A stretch of DNA of 64,000 bases. It comes from a bacterium BMS3Abin03. Lineage in GTDB: Bacteria; Bacteroidota; Ignavibacteria; Ignavibacteriales; Ignavibacteriaceae. The notes under the pieces were generated by a model. The model was not told where the DNA came from. It searched no databases and saw only the letters and a program-made list of their open reading frames with translations. The translations under genes were made by a program, and so were the position numbers. The DNA is taken from contig BDSV01000161.1 in NCBI GenBank assembly GCA_002898075.1, positions 8,168-72,167 on the forward strand, written 5' to 3'. This document shows, in pieces, positions 33,267-42,966 of this stretch (position 1 is the first letter of the stretch; every line of letters begins with the position of its first letter).

Positions 33267-34598
33267 ATGGATATTCAAGCTGCATACATCGATAAGTATA
33301 AAGCCATTATACAAAATAGCGACCCGATTAAGCTGAACGGAAAAGTACAGGATGTAATAGGATTAGTTATCGTTTCTCTCGGACCGAATGTAGCCCTGGG
33401 CGAGATCTGTAAAATTATAGATCACTCCGGTAATGAAGTATGTGAGTCTGAAGTTGTTGGTTTCAAGGAAGGAAAAGTTTTATCGATTGCACTCGGTGAA
33501 GTTCAGAGGATATCTCCTGCATGTGAAATAATTGCAACCGGTGAAAATTTTAAATTTGGATTGAGCGATGCATTACTTGGAAGAGTAATCGACGGATTAG
33601 GTAACCCGATCGATGGTAAAGGCAGGATAAAACCGGAAATAGAATCCAGTATTTATAAAGAACCGCCGCAACCATTGGAAAGAAAAAGAATAAGTGAACC
33701 TTTGCAAACAGGAATAAGAGCTATCGACGGATTGCTTACAATTGGTAAAGGGCAGCGTGTTGGTATTTTTGCCGGCAGCGGTGTCGGTAAAAGTGTTGCC
33801 CTGGGAATGATTGCGCGAAATACAAATGCAGATGTTAATGTGATAATGCTTATTGGAGAACGTGGAAGGGAAGTAAGGGAGTTTATCGAGAAAGACCTTG
33901 GAGAAGAGGGGCTTAAGAAATCTGTAGTAATTGTTGCAACAAGCGATAAATCAGCATTGATTAGAATGAAGGGTGCGTTTATAGGAACAACCATTGCAGA
34001 GTATTTTCGTAACAAGGGAAAAGATGTTGTTCTTATGATGGATTCTGTTACAAGGTTTGCAATGGCTCAGCGTGAAGTAGGATTAACGATAGGCGAGCCG
34101 CCTACTACAAAAGGATACACACCCTCGGTATTTGCAATTTTACCAAAATTATTAGAACGTGCCGGTATAACAAATAAAGGTTCCATTACAGGTTTTTATA
34201 CTGTGCTCGTAGATGGCGACGATATGACCGAACCGATTGCCGATGCTGTAAGATCGATTTTAGACGGGCATATAGTATTAAACAGAAAATTAGCCAATAG
34301 AGGACAATATCCTGCGATAGATACATTACAGAGTGTAAGCAGAGTAATGCCCGATATAATTGACGAGGACCATTTTAGAAGAGCACGGGTGTTTAATGAA
34401 ATTCTTTCGACATACAAAGAAGCTGAGGAATTAATAAATATCGGGGCTTATGTGCGGGGAAGTAATCCTCAAATTGATCATGCTATTTCCAAAATAAATG
34501 ACTTAAGACAATTTCTTAAGCAGAACATGACTGAAATGGCTTTATATAACGAAACATTATCCCGCTTAAACGAAATTATTGAAAAACCTATAGTATAA
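33267..34598 (+). CDS. fliI: flagellum-specific ATPase FliI
   Basis: 443 aa. Walker A GSGVGKS, Walker B VVLMMDSVTR, F1/T3SS ATPase-like throughout. Confidence 0.97.
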   Translation: MDIQAAYIDKYKAIIQNSDPIKLNGKVQDVIGLVIVSLGPNVALGEICKIIDHSGNEVCESEVVGFKEGKVLSIALGEVQRISPACEIIATGENFKFGLSDALLGRVIDGLGNPIDGKGRIKPEIESSIYKEPPQPLERKRISEPLQTGIRAIDGLLTIGKGQRVGIFAGSGVGKSVALGMIARNTNADVNVIMLIGERGREVREFIEKDLGEEGLKKSVVIVATSDKSALIRMKGAFIGTTIAEYFRNKGKDVVLMMDSVTRFAMAQREVGLTIGEPPTTKGYTPSVFAILPKLLERAGITNKGSITGFYTVLVDGDDMTEPIADAVRSILDGHIVLNRKLANRGQYPAIDTLQSVSRVMPDIIDEDHFRRARVFNEILSTYKEAEELINIGAYVRGSNPQIDHAISKINDLRQFLKQNMTEMALYNETLSRLNEIIEKPIV

Positions 34599-34601
34599 TT
34601 T

Positions 34602-35036
34602 ATGGCTGCATTTAAATTCAAATTTGAATCGTTGCAAAATGTTAAGAAAAGTTTGGAGAAAAAAGCGCAAAGAGAATTAGCTGCAATCGATGCTAAAATT
34701 AAGAATCTGGAAACAGCAAAGATTGATCTGCTGGTAGAATTAAAAAATCACCGGCTCTCAACCGATTCTAATACTATAATGTCTGAAATCCAGTTTATTA
34801 AAGGATATGCCCGTCTCATTCAAGCTAAAATAAGTTCAATAGATAATGCAACTACCGAGCTTAATACCGAAAAAGATAAAAAAATAGACGAGCTTCTGCA
34901 GAAGAGTAAGGAGCACAAAATATTCGATAAAATAGAAGAAAAACATTTTGAAAGGTTTACTAAAACACAGAATAAAATCGAATTGAAAAACACAGACGAA
35001 ATTGCAATTCTGAAATTTGCAAGAGTACATAAATGA
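34602..35036 (+). CDS. fliJ: flagellar export protein FliJ
   Basis: 144-aa coiled-coil protein directly after fliI. N-terminus FKFKFESLQNVKKSLEKKAQ resembles FliJ. Confidence 0.65.
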   Translation: MAAFKFKFESLQNVKKSLEKKAQRELAAIDAKIKNLETAKIDLLVELKNHRLSTDSNTIMSEIQFIKGYARLIQAKISSIDNATTELNTEKDKKIDELLQKSKEHKIFDKIEEKHFERFTKTQNKIELKNTDEIAILKFARVHK

Positions 35037-35629
35037 AAACAAAACTCATATATATTATGTCTTTTGTCGGCGCTTTTATTTTAATAACAGCCGTAATCGT
35101 TTATGTTAATTCACAGTACAATAATATTTTTAAGTTTGATTTTTCACCCCCGACGGAAATTTCGCCGCCAGCCAATACTTTGTCCACACCCGATCAGAAC
35201 CAGCCAATTAAAAATGATACATTGTCTTTCCCTTTGACAAAAAACCCCGAAAAAAAGATTCTTAATATTATGGATGATAGTAAACTCCCTGAAAATCCTA
35301 CAGATAATAAAATGTTGAAGGATAGTTTAAATATTTTAAAATCGGAAATCGAGAAACTAAAAAAGGATAAGGCGAATTCTAATAATCAACCGGTAAAAAA
35401 CACAAATAAGCCGGACACAAAAACTGATGAAAACAACTACAAAATATGGTTGAAAAAAACATCGGCTCTCTATGCATCGATGGATTCTAAAAAGGCAGCT
35501 AAAATAATTCAGAATTATTCCGATAATATAGCGAGAGACATTCTTTACTCAATGAATAAGAAAAAAGCAGCGGAAATATTAGCCGAATTGAATCCTGAAA
35601 CAGCAACAAGAATAATGAGTATTAACTGA
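35033..35629 (+). CDS. membrane-anchored protein with MgtE_N-like C-terminal domain (B. subtilis YlxF / MotE-like)
   Basis: N-terminal TM helix and a low-complexity linker. The C-terminus KKAAKIIQNYSDNIARDILYSMNKKKAAEILAELNPETATRIM resembles the MgtE intracellular N domain found in flagellar operons. Confidence 0.5.
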   Translation: MKTKLIYIMSFVGAFILITAVIVYVNSQYNNIFKFDFSPPTEISPPANTLSTPDQNQPIKNDTLSFPLTKNPEKKILNIMDDSKLPENPTDNKMLKDSLNILKSEIEKLKKDKANSNNQPVKNTNKPDTKTDENNYKIWLKKTSALYASMDSKKAAKIIQNYSDNIARDILYSMNKKKAAEILAELNPETATRIMSIN

Positions 35630-37584
35630 TGCAATTTAATCCCATATTTTTTCCTTCAAATTCTGTTTCTAAATCATCGTTTAGAAAAGATGTTAAAGCA
35701 TTTAACAACTTAAAATATCTATTCTCGGATCTTGTAAAAGTCAGCATCGATGACTCCCCGGGACCAACAATATTTTCAAAAATTCTTCACAAATCAAAGC
35801 CAAACACTTCTCAAACTCCTGTTGAAAACAAAATAGAACTCGATATTGACAAACCTGCTGAAAATGAATTGTTTTCGAAATTAGCTAACGATTCGTCCCC
35901 GTCATTAATAGCTATTCTTAATTCACTATATAATTCAATAGACCCGTTTTCAAAGCCAAGTGCTAACCCGGGTGATGTGCATAATGATCAAAATAAGATT
36001 GCGGAATTTGAAATAAAAGGTGTTGATAAAGAAATGCTGAAAGAATTTCTTATGGACTTAAAATTCAATCTAAATGAAAATTTTTTAAGTTCTTCAACCT
36101 CAGGGATGAAAAGCTATTTTGACCAAAATAAGATAATAAAAGATATCCCGAACATTGAAAACCGAAAGTTAACTTACCTTAGCATAGAAGATATAATTAA
36201 ACAAATCGAGAATAACTCTAAAGTAGAATTTGAATTGAATAAAAACAGCACCTATGAGAAAGTTATTAATTCTGCTGCAAATATTGATCAAAAAAACGAA
36301 GGGGGATTTAACTTCCTGACGGAGTTAATGAATGATAAAGTAGCCGGATCAAAAGATTTTCCCGTAATAAATGATGTATTAGAAAAGTTGGATTTAACAT
36401 CCGTCGACAAAGAAATTAAATTCAGATATAACAATAAAGCGGATGAAATTGTAAATAATATTAATAAATCACCGAAAAAAAATTCTGCTGACAATTCCGG
36501 GGAACTTACCGATGAAAACAAACATATTGTAAATAGCATTAAAAGAATTAAAATAGAAATTACAAAAAACCGGCTTTCGCCCGGGCAATTACTTTCCGGT
36601 ATTAGCGGCAAATCACATGCGAGGAATAAGCAATATTCTGTTATAATGAAAATTGCTAATCAGCCGGTTGCTGACGGCAAGAACAATTCTTCACAACATC
36701 TGTTTGTAACCAACAATTCGATACAAAATTATCTACGGAGTAATGAAAACCTGCGGGAGCTTAAAACTAAGTTATCGAATGTATTTAAAAATGCAGAACA
36801 GATTAATGTTGCAGATAAAACTATACCTAACAAGGTTGTTCCCGAACTGAGCGAACTAAATACTAATGAAATTGTTATAACCAGGCAGGGGGAAAATATC
36901 GATAAAAAAAATCCGGCTATAAAAGAAAAAGTTATGGTCTTTGATGTGAAGAAAAATCAGCCGGAAACAGAAATTAACACCGGGTTAAATAACGATTCAC
37001 CGGAGCAGCAGAAAACGGATAAGAACTTGCCTGTTGCTGAAAACCAGACAAAATCTTCTCCGGGTGATGCTGCAAAAACACCCCGTAAAATATTTAATGA
37101 TCCTCAAATAAATTTAGTGGATAAAAACAGTTTGAACATTTTAGGGCAGACTAAGCTGGGAAATAAAATCTCCCAGCAGAAACTATTAAATAGTTCGGAG
37201 GTAATTAACAAGGTTTCGGAAATAATACAAAAAAAGGAAAAGAAAAGTATCGAGATTAAATTGAATCCGCCTGAGTTGGGTAAAATGAAGGTAAGGGTAG
37301 ATTACGGGCAGAAAAAAATATACGTTAGAATGGAAGTTGAAAATGAAGCTGCAAAGCAATTAATATCTCAGAATCTCGAGCAACTAAAGCAAACAATAAA
37401 TCAAAGCGGAATGCAGCTAAAAGAAATATTTGTTTCTTTAGCCGGTAGCGAACAGAGAAAACAAAAATCTTCTGCAACGCGTAAACGCGAAACGGAAATT
37501 AAAACAAAATCAATTTTTGAAAGCCCTAATACCGAAATGACGGTAAAAATGATGGGTTATAACACTTACGATTATTTAATATAG
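35629..37584 (+). CDS. fliK: flagellar hook-length control protein FliK
   Basis: 651 aa. Long low-complexity N-terminal part and a C-terminal Flg_hook domain (IEIKLNPPELGKMKVRVDYGQKKIYVRMEVENEAAKQLISQNLEQLKQ). Confidence 0.85.
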   Translation: MQFNPIFFPSNSVSKSSFRKDVKAFNNLKYLFSDLVKVSIDDSPGPTIFSKILHKSKPNTSQTPVENKIELDIDKPAENELFSKLANDSSPSLIAILNSLYNSIDPFSKPSANPGDVHNDQNKIAEFEIKGVDKEMLKEFLMDLKFNLNENFLSSSTSGMKSYFDQNKIIKDIPNIENRKLTYLSIEDIIKQIENNSKVEFELNKNSTYEKVINSAANIDQKNEGGFNFLTELMNDKVAGSKDFPVINDVLEKLDLTSVDKEIKFRYNNKADEIVNNINKSPKKNSADNSGELTDENKHIVNSIKRIKIEITKNRLSPGQLLSGISGKSHARNKQYSVIMKIANQPVADGKNNSSQHLFVTNNSIQNYLRSNENLRELKTKLSNVFKNAEQINVADKTIPNKVVPELSELNTNEIVITRQGENIDKKNPAIKEKVMVFDVKKNQPETEINTGLNNDSPEQQKTDKNLPVAENQTKSSPGDAAKTPRKIFNDPQINLVDKNSLNILGQTKLGNKISQQKLLNSSEVINKVSEIIQKKEKKSIEIKLNPPELGKMKVRVDYGQKKIYVRMEVENEAAKQLISQNLEQLKQTINQSGMQLKEIFVSLAGSEQRKQKSSATRKRETEIKTKSIFESPNTEMTVKMMGYNTYDYLI

Positions 37585-37596
37585 GAGGGAAAACTT

Positions 37597-38307
37597 ATGA
37601 TAAATGGAATAAATCCTACTAATCAAAATCCAGTTGCTGATTTCCAGGCAAACTCTACTATAATGGGAAAGGATGATTTTTTACAGTTGTTGGTTACGCA
37701 GCTAAGATATCAGGATCCTCTAAGCCCGATGGACGGAACAAAGTTTGCATCGCAGTTGGCACAGTTCAGCTCACTTGAACAATTATCAAATTTAAATCAG
37801 GCAGTTCAAATGAGCATAGATGGAAACTACTATTTATCCCAATCGATTAACAACACATTAACCGCAACATTGATCGGGAAAAATGTTAAGCTCGCCGGCG
37901 GTACTATCGTAAAGAATGGTCAGACAAATGTTAAGCTCGGTTATACCTTGCCTAATTCTGCATCATCTGTAGAGGTTAATGTTAAAGATGAGAATGGAAA
38001 TATTGTAAAAACATTCGATGCCCCGCCTTCAAAAACGGGGGACAGTAAACTTTTATGGGATTTTACCGATAATAACGGCAGTAAGTTACCGGATGGTACT
38101 TATACATTTGAAGTAATTGCAAAAAACGACAGCGGTGATGATATGACAGCAACATTATTTAAATGGGGAAAGATCGACGGGATAAGATTCTCGGAGAAAG
38201 GAACAACCCTGGTTGTTGACGGCAATGAATACTTACTATCGGATATTTTAGAAATTTTGGATACTGTCGATGATAATTCCGGAGGTATAAAGCATGCCGG
38301 AAGTTAA
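37597..38307 (+). CDS. flgD: flagellar hook capping/assembly protein FlgD
   Basis: 236 aa. MGKDDFLQLLVTQLRYQDPLSPMD and FASQLAQFSSLEQL motifs, plus a C-terminal Ig-like part. Confidence 0.92.
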   Translation: MINGINPTNQNPVADFQANSTIMGKDDFLQLLVTQLRYQDPLSPMDGTKFASQLAQFSSLEQLSNLNQAVQMSIDGNYYLSQSINNTLTATLIGKNVKLAGGTIVKNGQTNVKLGYTLPNSASSVEVNVKDENGNIVKTFDAPPSKTGDSKLLWDFTDNNGSKLPDGTYTFEVIAKNDSGDDMTATLFKWGKIDGIRFSEKGTTLVVDGNEYLLSDILEILDTVDDNSGGIKHAGS

Positions 38308-38668
38308 TGGTATTGCAGTTCCCTTTCTGCCAATTGTTAATGATAGAAAGAGTCCCGGAAGAAATGTAAATGCATCGACAGACAGCTTCGATATAATATT
38401 CCAGAAAGAGCTTACAAAACTTAAATTTTCAGGTCATGCAATGAAGAGATTAGAAGCGAGAAATATTAAGCTAAGTGAAAATGAATTGAGCAAAATTGAA
38501 ATTGCTCTGCAAAGAGCAGAAACAAAAGGAGCTAAAGATTCATTGGTTATTATGGACGATAAAGCTTTTATTATAAATGTTCCTAATAAAACAGTTATAA
38601 CGGCAATGAATGTTAGTGAAGAATCTGAAAATATTTTTACGAACATCGACAGCGTAGTTTTTACTTAA
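38294..38668 (+). CDS. flagellar operon protein of unknown function (TIGR02530-like, found between flgD and flgE in Firmicutes)
   Basis: 124 aa. FSGHAMKRLEARNIKLSENELSKIEIALQRAETKGAKDSLVIMDDKAFIINVPNKTVITAM matches my recollection of that family. Position is between flgD and flgE. Confidence 0.6.
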   Translation: MPEVNGIAVPFLPIVNDRKSPGRNVNASTDSFDIIFQKELTKLKFSGHAMKRLEARNIKLSENELSKIEIALQRAETKGAKDSLVIMDDKAFIINVPNKTVITAMNVSEESENIFTNIDSVVFT

Positions 38669-38774
38669 TTAAAAAAAATAATCGGAAGAGCGGGACCTTT
38701 TAAGGACGCTCTGGATTTGGCGGACTGACAGAAGCCGAATCATTTATATTAAAAATAAACCTTAGGAGGTTAAA

Positions 38775-40439
38775 ATGGCACTTTCCATTTCTCTTTTCAC
38801 CGGATTTTCAGGTTTGCGGAACCACCAGGGAATGTTAGACATTGTCGGTAATAATATCGCAAATGTCAACACGCTCGGGTTTAAAAAATCCAGGATACTC
38901 TTTAGCGATGCCCTAAATCAGTTTATTCGTGCGGGCAGTAAACCTACCGATTTGAATGGCGGAACAAACCCTTTCCAGGTAGGTTTAGGTGTTAAAGTTA
39001 ATTCTATCGACCGTAATTGGAGCCAGGGTTCGTTAGAAAATACAGGAATTACAACCGATCTTGCATTACAGGGTCCGGGGCTTTTTATTCTTAAAAGTAA
39101 CGGGAATAATTTATATACTCGTGCAGGTTCTTTCCAGTTTGATGCGGACGGTCGCTTGGTCAGCTCTCAGAACGGTGCGGTTGTTCAAGGAAAAATAGCA
39201 ATTGACGGTAAAGTTCTTCCGGGAAATAATCTTGAAGATATTATTATAGATACAAATCTTAGAATACCTGCAGTAGCAACAACAGAAGTTAAATGGGGCG
39301 GTAATCTTGAAAGTGATTCTGATCTTACAAGAAGTGAAAACGTAGTTCAAAAAGGAAATATCAATTCAGATTTACCGGGACCGTTTGCGATAAATACAAC
39401 AGTTTATAACGATTACGGTGATTCTTACGATTTGGTTCTAACCTATTCTAAAACGGCAAATCCCAATCAATATGATTTATCATGGGAAGTATTTAATTCT
39501 GAAGATCCGCCTGTTTCAGTTGGTTCGGGTACAATTTCACCAATTCAATTTGAAGATGATGGGAATGGCAATTTTGTGATGGATGCAGCTAGTGTTGCCT
39601 TATTCGACGGCATAAATAACAGGGTAAATATAGCAAATGAAAATTTAGACTTTATCTTTGATTCGACTACAACTACTCAGGATGCAAGTGCAACCACATT
39701 AAGTATTTCGGCTGACGATGACCGTGACCCTAATATTGTAAGCGGGTCGATTAATGCGTTCGATTCACTTGGAAGTTCGCATCTCATTACAGTTAAGTTT
39801 ACAAAAATAGGAGATAACCAGTGGACTTATATTGCAAGCGTACCCGGAACCGAAACAACTTCCGGGCAGGAAGAATCTTTAACCGGAACAATAGCTTTCA
39901 ATAGTGATGGTTCGATTAGTCCCGGAAATATTTCTCCCACCGACCCTCACCTAACTTTTGATCCCGCAGGCGGAGCAGATACATTGAGTGTAAAATTGAA
40001 TTTCGGAAAAGACTTTGAAGGTATTACCCAAACGTCTTCCGATTCTAAAATATTAGGGCTTAGCCAGGACGGTGCAGCTTCTGCTACCCTTAATGATATT
40101 CAAATCGATCAATACGGAAATATTCAGGGAATATTTTCAAATGGTACATCGAGAACATTAGCGCAATTAATGGTGGCTAATTTTGCTAATGTAGAGGGTC
40201 TCGCCAGTAAAGGTGATAATATGTATTCAGCCCAGCCGAATTCAGGTGATGTTATCATTTCAACATTGGGCGCTGAGTCGGGCACAGTTGTGCAATCCGG
40301 AGCGTTGGAACAATCCAATGTAGATCTTTCAGAAGAATTTACAAAAATGATTATTGCTCAACGTGGATTTCAAGCTAACACCCGGGTAATAACTACTGCC
40401 GATACTATTCTACAGGAAACGATTAATCTCGTTCGATAA
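38775..40439 (+). CDS. flgE: flagellar hook protein FlgE
   Basis: 554 aa. N-terminus GFSGLRNHQGMLDIVGNNIANVNTLGFK. C-terminus GALEQSNVDLSEEFTKMIIAQRGFQANTRVITT. Strong Shine-Dalgarno TAGGAGG. Confidence 0.95.
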   Translation: MALSISLFTGFSGLRNHQGMLDIVGNNIANVNTLGFKKSRILFSDALNQFIRAGSKPTDLNGGTNPFQVGLGVKVNSIDRNWSQGSLENTGITTDLALQGPGLFILKSNGNNLYTRAGSFQFDADGRLVSSQNGAVVQGKIAIDGKVLPGNNLEDIIIDTNLRIPAVATTEVKWGGNLESDSDLTRSENVVQKGNINSDLPGPFAINTTVYNDYGDSYDLVLTYSKTANPNQYDLSWEVFNSEDPPVSVGSGTISPIQFEDDGNGNFVMDAASVALFDGINNRVNIANENLDFIFDSTTTTQDASATTLSISADDDRDPNIVSGSINAFDSLGSSHLITVKFTKIGDNQWTYIASVPGTETTSGQEESLTGTIAFNSDGSISPGNISPTDPHLTFDPAGGADTLSVKLNFGKDFEGITQTSSDSKILGLSQDGAASATLNDIQIDQYGNIQGIFSNGTSRTLAQLMVANFANVEGLASKGDNMYSAQPNSGDVIISTLGAESGTVVQSGALEQSNVDLSEEFTKMIIAQRGFQANTRVITTADTILQETINLVR

Positions 40440-40464
40440 ACCACCTCTTCATCGGACGATTCGG

Positions 40465-40496
40465 GAGGAGTACTGAAATGGTACTCCTTTTTTTAT
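40465..40496 (+). terminator. rho-independent terminator after flgE
   Basis: Stem AGGAGTAC (40466-40473) / GTACTCCT (40481-40488), 7-nt loop, then a T-run (the stem's closing T at 40488 begins an 8-T run that ends at 40495). Confidence 0.8.
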
Positions 40497-40621
40497 ATTA
40501 AATCCACATCCTTTTACTCTCAATAAAAATAAGTTACATTCCAATTTCGACCAACTGTATAATAATAACCATAGATTCAATCTGTTTTGAACTAAAAAGC
40601 AATTATTCGAAACTTTTTCGA

Positions 40622-40637
40622 TGGCATATCAATTGAA
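40622..40637 (+). promoter_or_regulatory. weak sigma-54-like element upstream of fliL
   Basis: TGGCAT-ATCAA-TTGAA has correct spacing, but the -12 GC reads GA (40635-40636). It lies 33 nt upstream of the fliL ATG. Confidence 0.25.
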
Positions 40638-40669
40638 TTATTGCTGATGCACTAATTACAAAGGGTAAA

Positions 40670-41215
40670 ATGGCTAAGGATAAAACTGAGAAACCTGAAG
40701 AGATAGAAAAGAAACCTAAATTTAATATTAAAGTTCTTCTAATTGGTATTCCACTTTTTATGATCCAATTAATAATTGTTTACTTTATCACCGCCAATTT
40801 TCTTCTCGATAAATGGAAAGAGGGTAATCAGCAATTAACGGCAAACAGCAATGCAGAACTTACTTCGGAAAATAAAAATGAAGATAATACTTCCGCATCT
40901 CAAAATGAATTGGGAAAATATGTCTATTTGGAAGAGGATGTAATTGTTAACCCGGCTAACACCCAGGGCAAAAGGTTGTTGTTAACATCTATTGGGTTTG
41001 ATTTAAAAAGCGAAGAAAATAAAACAGCTATGAAAGAAAAAGAAATACCAATACGCGATATGATTATAACAACGCTTGCAAGTAAGACTATTGATCAATT
41101 AAATAGTATTTCCTTCAGGGATAGTTTAAAATCCGAAATTTCTCAAAAAGTTAAAAATCTAATTCCGAATTTAAAAGTTAACAAGGTTTATTTCAGTAAA
41201 TATATAATTCAATAG
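40670..41215 (+). CDS. fliL: flagellar basal body-associated protein FliL
   Basis: 181 aa. Single TM, then the FliL-like motif VIVNPANTQGKRLLLTSIGFDL ... IRDMIITTLASKT. Confidence 0.85.
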   Translation: MAKDKTEKPEEIEKKPKFNIKVLLIGIPLFMIQLIIVYFITANFLLDKWKEGNQQLTANSNAELTSENKNEDNTSASQNELGKYVYLEEDVIVNPANTQGKRLLLTSIGFDLKSEENKTAMKEKEIPIRDMIITTLASKTIDQLNSISFRDSLKSEISQKVKNLIPNLKVNKVYFSKYIIQ

Positions 41216-41217
41216 AT

Positions 41218-42186
41218 ATGTCAGAAGGATTCTCAGAAAAAGAAGTCGAACGGCTTATAAACAAATCAGAAAAGAATATTAAGCAGGATAAAGAGCCGAT
41301 TCCCTATGATTTTCGTTTGCCAAATAGAATTTCAAAAAATCAGTTGAAGGTTTTGCACAGCATTCATGATTCTGTTTGCGATACGTTCGGATCTTTTCTT
41401 GTATCCAAGCTTCAAACGATGTTAAGTGTAAAGGTAACAGCGGTAGATCAGATATATTATTCCGAATATGTTCTGGCTGTTCCAAATCCTGCCTGTCTTT
41501 ATACATTCAAATTAAAAGACACAGACATAAAAGGTATTCTCGAGCTAAACGTTGAGCTTGCTTTAAATCTTGTAGAACGTTTATTAGGCGGAGTGGGTAA
41601 CGGGAAAAAAGAATCGAAGGTTATTACACCCATAGAGCAGAAGGTATTGGAGGATGTTGTAATTCATCTTATGGACGATTTGAAAAATGCCTGGCAGACA
41701 ATTGATGATTTTGAATTTGTAATCGATCATTTTGAAGCAGATATTGATTTTGCACAAATTACAGCACAGAGCGAATCAATCCTGCTCATCAGCTTTGATG
41801 TTTCAATAGGTGAACAGTCTTACCCGATGAATATTTGTTTTGCTACCTATGCATTCGATACTATACTATCGAAGTTATCTGTACAAAAATTATCATCGAT
41901 TCGTCCGGCAAATTATGGCGGGTTATCCTCACGTGAATTGTTGACTCTTCATTTACAAGAAGCCCTGCTGCCGGTTGTAGTTGAGTTGGGAAGATCCCGG
42001 ATAACCGTAAAAGAATTAATGGAGCTGAACGAAGGTGATGTAATTAAGCTGCAAACAAAAATAATCGATGAACAATTAGTAAAAGTAACCAACGAAAACT
42101 TTTTCTACGGTCGTGTAGGAATTCTTAACGACCATAAGGCGATTAAAATCACAAGAAAAATAAAATCACATAAAAATAATTTATAG
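41218..42186 (+). CDS. fliM: flagellar motor switch protein FliM
   Basis: 322 aa. PYDFRLPNRISKNQLKVLHSIHD motif and a C-terminal SpoA-like part. Confidence 0.93.
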   Translation: MSEGFSEKEVERLINKSEKNIKQDKEPIPYDFRLPNRISKNQLKVLHSIHDSVCDTFGSFLVSKLQTMLSVKVTAVDQIYYSEYVLAVPNPACLYTFKLKDTDIKGILELNVELALNLVERLLGGVGNGKKESKVITPIEQKVLEDVVIHLMDDLKNAWQTIDDFEFVIDHFEADIDFAQITAQSESILLISFDVSIGEQSYPMNICFATYAFDTILSKLSVQKLSSIRPANYGGLSSRELLTLHLQEALLPVVVELGRSRITVKELMELNEGDVIKLQTKIIDEQLVKVTNENFFYGRVGILNDHKAIKITRKIKSHKNNL

Positions 42187-42195
42187 GCGTAAACT

Positions 42196-42624
42196 ATGGC
42201 TGAAAATATAAACAGAGGTACCGAAGGAAAAAACAGCACAACTCCCGGTAATCCTCAAGCTGCTCAAGTTGCCAAACAAGCAAATGTAAAACCGAAAACT
42301 GTAGAAGGCGCCACTGCAAACTTTGAAGAGTTTGATGAGACTTTCCTGAGCGGAAAAGATATTTGCGGAGAGAAATTATCATTGCTGCATGATTTAATGC
42401 TGAATATTTATATCGAGCTTGGCAGAACACAAATGAAAGTAAAGCATATTCTTGAATTAGAGAGAGGCTACGTTATAGAACTGGATAAATTAGCAAGCGA
42501 ACCGGTAGAGATTTTTGCCAATAATAAAAAAATAGCCGAAGGTGAAGTAGTAGTAATCGACAAACATTTTGGAATTAGGATCACTAATCTGCTGGATACT
42601 CACAAGCGTCTAGAAGGTGTTTAA
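42196..42624 (+). CDS. fliN: flagellar motor switch protein FliN
   Basis: 142 aa. C-terminal SpoA domain (IELGRTQMKVKHILELERGYVIELDKLASEPVEIFANNKKIAEGEVVVID). Confidence 0.9.
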   Translation: MAENINRGTEGKNSTTPGNPQAAQVAKQANVKPKTVEGATANFEEFDETFLSGKDICGEKLSLLHDLMLNIYIELGRTQMKVKHILELERGYVIELDKLASEPVEIFANNKKIAEGEVVVIDKHFGIRITNLLDTHKRLEGV

Positions 42625-42627
42625 GGT

Positions 42628-42966
42628 ATGTCAACAGGTGATTTGTTAAAGGCACTCCTTCCGCTAATTCTTATTATAGGATTGCTTTATGCAGCATTGT
42701 ATTTTTTGAAAAAATATTCTTTTAGAGGGAAGGGTAAGGAATCCGGAATATTAAACATTCGTGTACTAAGTAATAAGATGATTATGCCAAAAAAATTCAT
42801 TTCTGTTGTCCGTGTTGAAGACAAGTTATTTGTGCTCGCTATTAGCGAGAACTCGATAACCTTGCTCGAAGAAATTAATTCTCCGAATGATAGTACAATT
42901 CCTTCGATTCATAAGGAGAAGGAAAGCTTTTTGGCAGCTTTGAAAAAAAACATTGGAATGAGATGA
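42628..42966 (+). CDS. fliO: flagellar biosynthesis protein FliO/FliZ
   Basis: 112 aa, single N-terminal TM, directly before fliP with a 4-nt overlap. Motif VRVEDKLFVLAISENSITLL. Confidence 0.6.
   Translation: MSTGDLLKALLPLILIIGLLYAALYFLKKYSFRGKGKESGILNIRVLSNKMIMPKKFISVVRVEDKLFVLAISENSITLLEEINSPNDSTIPSIHKEKESFLAALKKNIGMR

Noticed and set aside
38687-38712. Imperfect hairpin AGAGCG-GGA-CCTT-TT-AAGG-A-CGCTCT after the TIGR02530-like gene.
   Set aside because: No U-tract follows (GGATTTGGCGG), so it is not called a terminator. It might be a processing or stability element, but the evidence is insufficient.
38720-38736. GG-N10-GC spacing (CGGACTGACAGAAGCC) upstream of flgE.
   Set aside because: Only the two dinucleotides match, and the flanking TGGCAC and TTGCW consensus bases are absent. 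No promoter is called for flgE.
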